This document shows, one piece after another, positions 38,192-46,182 of a stretch of DNA of 58,137 nt. The notes under the pieces are model-generated. The model was not told the DNA's origin. It saw only the letters and a list, made by a program, of their open reading frames with translations, and did not search any database. A program made the position numbers and the translations under genes. This DNA comes from a virus (Duplodnaviria; Caudoviricetes): positions 1 to 58,137 of the IMG/VR virus record IMGVR_UViG_3300033145_001588; one strand, written 5' to 3'. Numbering within the stretch: the stretch's first letter is position 1; each line of letters starts with the position of its first letter.

Positions 38192-39283
38192 ATGATTGAT
38201 GCTATATTAGGAAATGGGCAGGTGCATGGCGATGTGGCGGCATATATGGCAGGGGAAGGGAGACTGAACCCCGGTAATATGCGTCCTTGGCTTGGTAAAG
38301 ATGGGGGAGCTTACGTCACTGTATTCACTGGTGGGGATGCAAAGAACCCCAAAAATTACAAGGCTATGCAGGTGAATGCAGCTACTCTACGACGGGATGA
38401 GTGGAAGACTTTAGATGATGCTGTAGTTAAGGTCAGTGAAACTCGTTTGAATGGTATTGCAGATCTCATTGCAAATGGCCTGACGTATGATCTTGGGAAT
38501 GCAATGGGTACTACAGTGCTTGAGTGGCATGATGTATCGGATGCTATGGAGGCTGATTTGACAATGGACGGGGTTTCTCGGAGTAGAGGGGATCGTCCTG
38601 TTTATCAGACGAACTATCTTCCGATTCCGATAATCCACGTTGATTATGAAATTAATGCGAGGGTGCTTGAGGCCAGCAGGAAGTTGGGGAATCCTCTGGA
38701 CACCACTTCTGCCGAGAGAGCTGCTCGTAAGGTGAATGAAAAATTGGAGGAAATGCTATTTACTGATGTTGATTATGCTTGGGGTACTAAGGATGATCGC
38801 TCCAGGAATAAGATTTACTCCTATCTTAATTACCCTGATATTAACAGCGTAACTCTCAGCGCAAACTGGGACGCATCTGGAAAAACAGCGGCACAGATCC
38901 TGGCAGACGTCTTAAACATGAAACAGTCCAGCATTGATGCGAAGCATTATGGCCCGTGGATGCTGTATATCCCAACTGCATATGAAACGGTATTGGATGA
39001 GGACTATGATACCACGACTCCGGGTACTACTATCAGGGAAAGAATCCTGAAGATAGCTGGAATCAAGGATATCAAGGTGGTGGATACTCTTACAGCGGAT
39101 CATGTACTGCTAGTGCAGATGACAAGTGATGTTGTTCGGCTGGTACGGGGGATGCCTATTCAGAATGTTGAGTGGCAGACTGAAGGTAAGTTCATTACGA
39201 AGTACAAAGTGCTGACCATTCAGGTTCCTCAGATTCGTTCTGACCAGGATGGGAACTGCGGAGTTGTGTTGCTTGCTGCATAA
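38192..39283 (+). CDS. Major capsid protein (encapsulin/linocin-like HK97 fold)
   Basis: 363 aa; LRRDEWKTLD, PIPIIHVDY, AARKVNEKLE; strong RBS. Confidence 0.85.
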   Translation: MIDAILGNGQVHGDVAAYMAGEGRLNPGNMRPWLGKDGGAYVTVFTGGDAKNPKNYKAMQVNAATLRRDEWKTLDDAVVKVSETRLNGIADLIANGLTYDLGNAMGTTVLEWHDVSDAMEADLTMDGVSRSRGDRPVYQTNYLPIPIIHVDYEINARVLEASRKLGNPLDTTSAERAARKVNEKLEEMLFTDVDYAWGTKDDRSRNKIYSYLNYPDINSVTLSANWDASGKTAAQILADVLNMKQSSIDAKHYGPWMLYIPTAYETVLDEDYDTTTPGTTIRERILKIAGIKDIKVVDTLTADHVLLVQMTSDVVRLVRGMPIQNVEWQTEGKFITKYKVLTIQVPQIRSDQDGNCGVVLLAA

Positions 39284-39297
39284 GGTAATCTTAACAG

Positions 39298-39681
39298 ATG
39301 GTGAAGGAGATTGTGATGCACGAAAGTAAAGAGATCCGATGGCGGAAAATAGGGGGTGGTTCCCTCCGGTATATTCGTGGTAGGATTATAAAACCAAATG
39401 AGGTTTTCACTGCACGACCGGAGGAAGTTCCGCTTGCCTTTCGTAAGCAGGTAGTAGCGTTGGAAGATATTCCGGAGACGGTGATTGAACCTATGCGGTC
39501 TTTTACAGCCCTTCGGAGAGAGCCTTCCCCAGACATTGAAGAAGGAGATGTATACGAGGTACAAAAGCGTTCTACCGGTGGTTGGTGGGATGTGGTGAAT
39601 TCTGTATCCGGTAAGATTATCAACGAAAAAGGTCTTCGGGAAGGGGCAGCAAGAGAATTAGTAGAGGAATTAAATACATGA
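39298..39681 (+). CDS. Small capsid-adjacent protein
   Basis: N-terminal domain shared with ORF 40728. Confidence 0.65.
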   Translation: MVKEIVMHESKEIRWRKIGGGSLRYIRGRIIKPNEVFTARPEEVPLAFRKQVVALEDIPETVIEPMRSFTALRREPSPDIEEGDVYEVQKRSTGGWWDVVNSVSGKIINEKGLREGAARELVEELNT

Positions 39682-40391
39682 TCTGGACTGTCCCCCGATT
39701 GTGGGAAGGCGCTACGTGTTGGATTGTAGGGGGAGGAACTTCCATGCCCTTGCAATTTGGAGTTCCCCAGGAGATAATACAGAAGGTATATGAAGGAAGG
39801 CTCTCTCCTTCTGTATACTCTGATTATATGAAACCTCTTCACAAACAGCATGTAATAGGGATTAATAATGCATACCAACTAGGGATGTGGATTGATATTC
39901 TGTTCTTTGGTGATGGTGATTGGTATTCGAAACATCGTATGAAGTTGGCAGAATGGCCGGGATTGAAAGTATGCTGTGATCAGAAATTAGCAAACTGTTT
40001 GCGGAATAAGATGGAAGGTATTAAATTTCTTGAACGTGATAAGGAGCGAAAGGAAGGGATAACTTCTGATCCTTCGAAGGTTTCTTGGAATGCAAATTCA
40101 GGGGCGGCTGCTATTAGTTTGACGCATCATTTGGGGGTGCGAAGAATAAATCTGTTAGGGTTTGATATGGCTATGGATGATAAGAAAACTCATAGTCATT
40201 GGCATGGTTCTCATATGCCGCCGGGACAGAAGGTAAAGCTTCGCCCTCCATTTGAGAAGCATTTGAAAGGATTCCCAGCGATAGCACAAGACGCAGAAAA
40301 ATTGGGAATAGAAATATACAATCTCAGTTCCGTTAGTAAAATTGATTGTTTTTCAAAAATTACATTGGAGGAAGCATTAAAAAATGGATAG
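39678..40391 (+). CDS. Rossmann-like transferase (Maf/MptE-like)
   Basis: IVGGGTS, VIGINNA, NSGAAAI, INLLGFDM. Confidence 0.6.
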   Translation: MIWTVPRLWEGATCWIVGGGTSMPLQFGVPQEIIQKVYEGRLSPSVYSDYMKPLHKQHVIGINNAYQLGMWIDILFFGDGDWYSKHRMKLAEWPGLKVCCDQKLANCLRNKMEGIKFLERDKERKEGITSDPSKVSWNANSGAAAISLTHHLGVRRINLLGFDMAMDDKKTHSHWHGSHMPPGQKVKLRPPFEKHLKGFPAIAQDAEKLGIEIYNLSSVSKIDCFSKITLEEALKNG

Positions 40392-40731
40392 GCAAAACAA
40401 AGTATGGGGAGAAAGATGGATAATTCGTCAAGATTCTACGCATTGTACTTCCTTTTTGAAATTGTTGACAAATCATAGATGTAGCTGGCATTCTCATACG
40501 GCCAAGTATAACCTGTTTGTTTTATTATGGGGAAGGGTAGGAATTGTAACAGAGGAGTTAAACGGGGAGCGTAGAGAAATGATGTTAACGGAAGGGCAAT
40601 GTTTTACTACACGGCCAGGACAATTACATGAATTCAGAGTATATGAAGATTCGGGGATGATTGAGGAGATGTACGTGGAGTACAATGAAGATGATATTAA
40701 GAGAATAACACTTGGAGGAGAATTAACATGA
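40384..40731 (+). CDS. Cupin protein (sugar isomerase-like)
   Basis: KVWGE, CSWHSH, HEF, EE. Confidence 0.65.
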   Translation: MDRQNKVWGERWIIRQDSTHCTSFLKLLTNHRCSWHSHTAKYNLFVLLWGRVGIVTEELNGERREMMLTEGQCFTTRPGQLHEFRVYEDSGMIEEMYVEYNEDDIKRITLGGELT

Positions 40732-41675
40732 AATCTTCTGCCGCCAACGCAGAAATATGTGGATGGAAGAAAGTTGGTGGTGGAAGTTTGCGTTGGAATG
40801 GACAAATTATAAAACCAGGACGGATTTTTTATGCTACAAAAGAAGATTTACCAAAAGCATTTTTAAAACAGATCGTGCCAGTTACTCACAAAGCTCGTAT
40901 AGCTTCTTCTTCTATAGAGGATTTGAAAATTTATTATGTATCCAGTGAGAAAACATCCCCTCGTTTTGCGAAGGCATTTGCTATAGGTAGTGGCGGTATG
41001 CTGATAGAAGGAGATACTTATCAATTAGGTAATTGGGCAGGATTTGGTTCACCAGTAACCTGGTTGAGTTTACAACAAGCGCAAAAGATGGGTTTCGATT
41101 GGTATTATGGTGATCATGGTTACTTTAACAGGAATAGAAGTTTTCGGGTGACGCGGAATGCCTATCAAATGGCACATATTCAAACTGATGGATACAAAGA
41201 AACGGCGGCGAATCAAAAACGATTGGATGTATGTAAGATAGTAGAAAAACCCTGGGAAAAGACTGGAAGAAATATTCTAATATGTCCTCCTGATATAAAT
41301 ATTTCTCGTTTACTTGGTTTTTCTATATCAGCATGGAAAAAGAAAATCATTGAACGAGTAAAAAAATATACAGATAGATCAATCATGATCAGAGAACGGC
41401 GTGATAAAACACCTCTAATAAAAGCATTAAAGAACACCTGGTTTCTAATCACCGCATTTTCTAATGTAGCAGTAGATGCTCTTATTGCAGGGATACCAGT
41501 GCATACTACTGATATATGCGGAGCTTTTCCATTATCCACTCCATTGAAGAATATTGAGAAACCCACATACCCGGAGAATAGAAGGGAATGGTTATTGAAC
41601 CTTTGCGCAAATCAATGGACGCTACGCGAGATTACATCAGGGATGTGTTGGGATAGGATAGGAAAAAAGATATGA
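40728..41675 (+). CDS. Putative glycosyltransferase (capsule-synthesis-like)
   Basis: YYGDHGYF, ILICPP, SNVAVDALIAGIPV, QWTLREI. Confidence 0.6.
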   Translation: MKSSAANAEICGWKKVGGGSLRWNGQIIKPGRIFYATKEDLPKAFLKQIVPVTHKARIASSSIEDLKIYYVSSEKTSPRFAKAFAIGSGGMLIEGDTYQLGNWAGFGSPVTWLSLQQAQKMGFDWYYGDHGYFNRNRSFRVTRNAYQMAHIQTDGYKETAANQKRLDVCKIVEKPWEKTGRNILICPPDINISRLLGFSISAWKKKIIERVKKYTDRSIMIRERRDKTPLIKALKNTWFLITAFSNVAVDALIAGIPVHTTDICGAFPLSTPLKNIEKPTYPENRREWLLNLCANQWTLREITSGMCWDRIGKKI

Positions 41676-42352
41676 AATTTTCTAAAGAAATTGGATGGTG
41701 GTTTCCTGATAAAGAAAGGCATATGATACAATGGATGTTGTCGGTAAATAAAAAGGTTGCTGGAAGAAAGGCTTATCAATATCACAAATATGAAGCATGT
41801 TTTCCCTTTATACGAGCTACAAAAGATATTTGCATTGATGTTGGTGCTCATATTGGAACATGGTCATATTATATGGCTCAAGATTTTCAAAAACTTATCG
41901 CATTTGAACCAATATCAATTCATGCGAATTGTTGGAAAAAGAATGTAAAAGCAAAAAATGCTACTTTAATACGACATGCTTTAGGGAATTATAATGGAAG
42001 AGCTTATCTTTCTACAAGAACAATAGATTCTTCTGGGGATACCGGTATTGATGTGGAAGAGGTAGAAGATGCTCAAGAGACTTTGATACTTCGCTTAGAT
42101 GATCTGGAACTTCCAGAAGGAAGTATTGATTTTGTTAAGATTGATTGTGAGGGTTTTGAGTTGTTTGTCCTGCAAGGGATGGAAAGATTGCTCTTAGAAC
42201 ATAAACCCTGTGTCATCGTTGAGCAGAAACCAGAAACAGGAGGTTTCAAGAAATATGGCATATCCAGTACAGCAGCCATTGATTATTTGAAGGCATTAGG
42301 TGCTATTCAATGTAGACGAATACAAGGAGATTACATTTTAAGTTGGTCATGA
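41672..42352 (+). CDS. FkbM-family methyltransferase
   Basis: IDVGAHIG, AFEP, KIDCEGFE. Confidence 0.88.
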   Translation: MKFSKEIGWWFPDKERHMIQWMLSVNKKVAGRKAYQYHKYEACFPFIRATKDICIDVGAHIGTWSYYMAQDFQKLIAFEPISIHANCWKKNVKAKNATLIRHALGNYNGRAYLSTRTIDSSGDTGIDVEEVEDAQETLILRLDDLELPEGSIDFVKIDCEGFELFVLQGMERLLLEHKPCVIVEQKPETGGFKKYGISSTAAIDYLKALGAIQCRRIQGDYILSWS

Positions 42353-42364
42353 GGAAATGATGAA

Positions 42365-43162
42365 ATGGGTTATGGCGATGAAATAATGGCTTTGGGAAGA
42401 GCGGAGGCGATTTACGCTATCCTTGGAAAACCCGTGGCTATTCATGGAGTGAGCGACAATCGTCGAAAGCATCCTGTATGGAGAAATCATCCGGCAGTGG
42501 ATTTCAATTCTCCATTACATATTGTTGATGGACCTTCTGCTCGTCCATATATTCTGCGGTGGAGTCGTAATCCAGGATTGATAACTATATGGAATACAAA
42601 GTATCGTGCACGCGCAGGTCATATTCGCTTGACTGCACAAGAACAGGCCGAGGCGCTATGCCTAACTCCGGAAATGCCGTTTGCAATTGTAGAACCTATT
42701 GTAAGGAGAGGGAGTAGTAAGAATAAGGATTGGGGATTTGAACGTTGGAAAGCGGTTGTTAAAGATTTTCCAATCCCAGTATATCAATTCGATCCGGATG
42801 GGAAAACGAAGATTCTTCCTAAAGTAATTGCAATAGATTCTCCGAGTTTTCGGGTATCTGCAGGTATAGTAGAACATGCTTCTTTGGTGATGACAGTTGA
42901 CGGGGGTATGCATCACATGGCGGCAAGTATGAATACCCCTGCCGTGGTGGTGCTTGGCGGGTTTGCCCACCCGAAGATTACAGGATATGCTTACCAAAGG
43001 AATTTCTATGTTGATCTTCCAGAATCACCTTGTGGAAGATATTATCCTTGTGAACATTGTAAGAAAGCAATGTCTATGATTAAGCCTGAAGAAGTTCGTC
43101 AAGCAGCGTTAGAAATGTTGAATAAGGAGGACTGTGATGGCAGTTCGAGTAACAGCCGCTGA
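42365..43162 (+). CDS. GT9-like glycosyltransferase
   Basis: GYGDEIM, KDW, DGGMHHMAAS, PC...C..C..AM. Confidence 0.8.
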   Translation: MGYGDEIMALGRAEAIYAILGKPVAIHGVSDNRRKHPVWRNHPAVDFNSPLHIVDGPSARPYILRWSRNPGLITIWNTKYRARAGHIRLTAQEQAEALCLTPEMPFAIVEPIVRRGSSKNKDWGFERWKAVVKDFPIPVYQFDPDGKTKILPKVIAIDSPSFRVSAGIVEHASLVMTVDGGMHHMAASMNTPAVVVLGGFAHPKITGYAYQRNFYVDLPESPCGRYYPCEHCKKAMSMIKPEEVRQAALEMLNKEDCDGSSSNSR

Positions 43163-43511
43163 AGTGAAACAGATTATAGATACTGATCTTGCAGATGAGG
43201 TAGTAGACGCCTTCATTCTTGGGGCTAATCATACTGTAACGGAAGTGCTCGGAGATGATACGAATCTTTCTGATGGGCATAAAAAAGAGATTGAGAGGTG
43301 GCTTGCTGCCCATCTGATCGCTGCTACAAGAGAACAGCAAATACAAAAGGCAGGCGCTGGTGGAGCGAATGTAACTTACCAGGGACAAACTGGTATGGGA
43401 TTGGAGGCTACTTTATACGGGCAACAATGTATTCGTCTTGATACAACTGGTAAATTGGCGGCACTTGGTGCAAAACGAGCTAAGATAACAGCAATAACTT
43501 CGTTTGATTGA
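43134..43511 (+). CDS. Head-tail adaptor
   Basis: IERWLAAH, TLYGQ...LDTTG; position. Confidence 0.75.
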   Translation: MMAVRVTAAEVKQIIDTDLADEVVDAFILGANHTVTEVLGDDTNLSDGHKKEIERWLAAHLIAATREQQIQKAGAGGANVTYQGQTGMGLEATLYGQQCIRLDTTGKLAALGAKRAKITAITSFD

Positions 43512-43528
43512 AAGGGGTAGAAAGCCAT

Positions 43529-43649
43529 TAAATTTTCCTCAAAAAACATAGGCTGAGTTGGGGTTTTTTGCTCTAAAATCAATTTTCTTAGGTAAGGGTA
43601 TATATTTATATAGGGAAAGAAAAAGAAGGGGCTTAAAAAAATTAAAATG
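43529..43649 (+). repeat. ~120-bp dispersed repeat, copy 3 (inverted relative to copies 1 and 2)
   Basis: Reverse complement of 19407-19521; ends at the ATG of the next gene. Confidence 0.9.
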
Positions 43650-44015
43650 ACAAAACCAATAGAAAAATTTCTTAGAAAATTGAGCGTGCAAACTGCAGTG
43701 TATTGGGGGGCACCTGTAAACGATGGGTACGGCGGTTATACTTACTCTACTCCAGTTGAAATTGCAGTTCGTTGGGAGGGTTCGACAAAAGTAATCACCA
43801 TTTCTAAAGGGGTAGAATATGTTAGTCGGGCGGAAGTCATAGTTAATCAGGATGTAGATGAAGAAGGGTATTTGTATTTGGGAACATTATTAGATTTGAC
43901 GGAGGAGCAGAAAGTAGATCCACAGTTGGTAGATGGCACATGGAAGATTATGAGATTTGATAAGACTCCTATGATTTTCAAGACTGACGAATTCGTAAGA
44001 AAGGTTTTCCTCTAA
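43647..44015 (+). CDS. Head closure protein
   Basis: QTAVYW...DGYGG...VRWE; position. Confidence 0.7.
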   Translation: MTKPIEKFLRKLSVQTAVYWGAPVNDGYGGYTYSTPVEIAVRWEGSTKVITISKGVEYVSRAEVIVNQDVDEEGYLYLGTLLDLTEEQKVDPQLVDGTWKIMRFDKTPMIFKTDEFVRKVFL

Positions 44016-44509
44016 TGAGCACGGCAATAGAAAAAGCAAGTCTTCAGGAAGTGGTAAAAAATCTTAATAAAGAGATTAAGGGAATTGAAGGGCGTTCCTT
44101 GAAAGGCATGATTGAAGGCGTGATTGATGTTCGGCGTGATATGGATAAGACATCTCCTATGATTCCGGTGGATACTGGAAATTTGAGGCAGAGTTGGTTT
44201 GTTACAACTTCTAAAGGCGCAACGCCACAAGGTAAATCCCCTAATTTCAAGGGTGAGAATGCGGGAAAAATGGCATCTGAACATTCCTCAGTAAAAACAG
44301 TTGCTGCTGGAAGAGCGAAGGCTAAATCACGAAAAGGGCCTGTAGTAGCTTTTGGTTTCTCTGCGAATTATGCTTTGAAAGTGCATGAAATGTACGGGAA
44401 GCATTTTCGACGTCCGGATGCAGGTGCCGGGTTCTTTGTAGCGTCAATAAAACGAAACAAAGAAAAGATTTTGAAGGCGATCAAAGAAAATGCAAAGGTA
44501 AAAAAGTGA
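44015..44509 (+). CDS. Neck protein (HK97 gp10-like)
   Basis: PVDTGNLRQS, NYALKVHE. Confidence 0.75.
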   Translation: MSTAIEKASLQEVVKNLNKEIKGIEGRSLKGMIEGVIDVRRDMDKTSPMIPVDTGNLRQSWFVTTSKGATPQGKSPNFKGENAGKMASEHSSVKTVAAGRAKAKSRKGPVVAFGFSANYALKVHEMYGKHFRRPDAGAGFFVASIKRNKEKILKAIKENAKVKK

Positions 44510-44910
44510 ACCCGACAAGCGTTGATGTATGCTCATTGTTAGAAGCGGATTCCAGTCTTGGATTGACATTTGCTACTAATTTGTTTGTTGGCAAAGAGCC
44601 GGCATCTCCAGATAATTGTGTGACTATATTTGATATCTCAGGAGATGCCCCATTACTCACATTGGGAGGAAAAGGAGGGATTACTTATTATCAACCATCT
44701 ATTCAGGTGCGAGTCAGAGACAATAGTTACTTAACGGGATGGGGATTAATTCACGATATACAAGAATACCTGCATGGTATTAATGGAGAAGTAGAGGGCG
44801 GTACAGAGTATCTGCTTATCAAAGGAGTAGATGAGCCTGCTCTACTTGATAGAGATGAGAATGATCGTGTGAGATTCATAGCAACATTTTCAGTACATCG
44901 TAGGCAGTAA
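44506..44910 (+). CDS. Tail terminator / minor capsid protein
   Basis: PSIQVRVR, LDRDENDR; GTG start. Confidence 0.7.
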   Translation: MNPTSVDVCSLLEADSSLGLTFATNLFVGKEPASPDNCVTIFDISGDAPLLTLGGKGGITYYQPSIQVRVRDNSYLTGWGLIHDIQEYLHGINGEVEGGTEYLLIKGVDEPALLDRDENDRVRFIATFSVHRRQ

Positions 44911-44937
44911 TATAAACAAAATAGGAGGTAAATAATT

Positions 44938-45381
44938 ATGACAGCAGTAGAGGGAGTTACAGGAGTTGGGACAGTATTCCGTAGATGGAATACTACATCC
45001 AGTGAATGGGAAACAATAGCAGGAATTACTAATATTGGCGGTCCCTCAGCATCACGAGAAACACATGATACCACGGCGTTGGATACCGCAGGAGGGTATA
45101 AAACATTCATTACCGGATTTCGAGATGCTGGGGAAATTACTCTTTCAATGATTTTCAATCGAACAGAATATGATATTATGGTTGGTGATTTTCAATCAGA
45201 TGACGCACAGAATTATGAGATAGTCCTTCCAGATGACGAAGATACCTCAATTGAATTTGAGGGGTTGGTCACAGGCATTCCATTAACAATTCCGGCAGCG
45301 CCTATAACATTAGAGGTGACCATTAAGATTTCAGGTGCAATCACCATAAACTCAGGTAGCTATTCAGGATCACCAGCATAA
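44938..45381 (+). CDS. Tail tube (major tail) protein
   Basis: GGPSASRETHDTT, FITGFRDAGEI; strong RBS. Confidence 0.85.
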   Translation: MTAVEGVTGVGTVFRRWNTTSSEWETIAGITNIGGPSASRETHDTTALDTAGGYKTFITGFRDAGEITLSMIFNRTEYDIMVGDFQSDDAQNYEIVLPDDEDTSIEFEGLVTGIPLTIPAAPITLEVTIKISGAITINSGSYSGSPA

Positions 45382-45407
45382 ACTAACACAGATGGGAGAA
45401 TTATAGA

Positions 45408-45830
45408 ATGAAAGTATTGACAAGAGAAAGTTTATTAAAAAAGGAGAAGTTGAAAAAGGAGAAAGTTGATCTTGGAAAGGGTGAGTTCGTGTTTGTTCGT
45501 CAAATGACTGGACGTGAGCGTGATCGATTTGAGCAAAGTTTGGTGAAGGAAGTGACAGATGGCAAAGGGCAATCGGAATTCAAACGCTCCCTTGATGACT
45601 TCCGTGCGAAATTAGCAGTTCATACGGTTTGTGATGAAGAAGGGGACAATCTTCTGAGACCAGAAGATGTTTCTACCTTGTCTCAGAATATGAGTGCAGC
45701 AAGATTGGAATTGATTGTGAATAAGGCGCAGGAATTGAATAGAATTTCAGAGGAGGATAAGGAAAATCTGGTAAAAAACTCAGAAGCCGTCCACAGCGCC
45801 GATTCTACTTCCGACTCTGTCGTGAGTTAG
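45408..45830 (+). CDS. Tail assembly chaperone (G)
   Basis: VRQMTGRERDRFE; slippery A AAA AAC at 45773-45779. Confidence 0.8.
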   Translation: MKVLTRESLLKKEKLKKEKVDLGKGEFVFVRQMTGRERDRFEQSLVKEVTDGKGQSEFKRSLDDFRAKLAVHTVCDEEGDNLLRPEDVSTLSQNMSAARLELIVNKAQELNRISEEDKENLVKNSEAVHSADSTSDSVVS

Positions 45831-46168
45831 GTTATGCTCACCCAGATTATTTGCTGGATGAGTTGACGTCGGAACAGGTTGGTGAATGGATGGCTTATGA
45901 TAGTATTGATCCTATCGGGAAACATAGGGATGATTATGGTTGGGCAATGGTGTGTTCAGTGATGTATAATTTGGTGCTTGATATATATTCAAAGAAAGGG
46001 GAATATCCAAAACGAACCACCCCCAGTGATTTCATCCCAAAATGGGGCGCAGAGAAAAGAAGAGATGTTCAGAAAGTGCAGTCAGTAGAGGAGCAGAAGG
46101 CTATTTTGTTAGGATTAGCGGAAAGACATAATAGGGCAAGTAATAAGAAGGAAAAAAAGCATGGCTGA
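45773..46168 (+). CDS. Tail chaperone GT extension via -1 frameshift
   Basis: -1 frame is open from the slippery site (KLRSRPQRRFYFRLCRELG...EWMAY). Confidence 0.75.
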   Translation, partial: KKLRSRPQRRFYFRLCRELGYAHPDYLLDELTSEQVGEWMAYDSIDPIGKHRDDYGWAMVCSVMYNLVLDIYSKKGEYPKRTTPSDFIPKWGAEKRRDVQKVQSVEEQKAILLGLAERHNRASNKKEKKHG

Positions 46169-46182
46169 TTTAGGGACATTAT

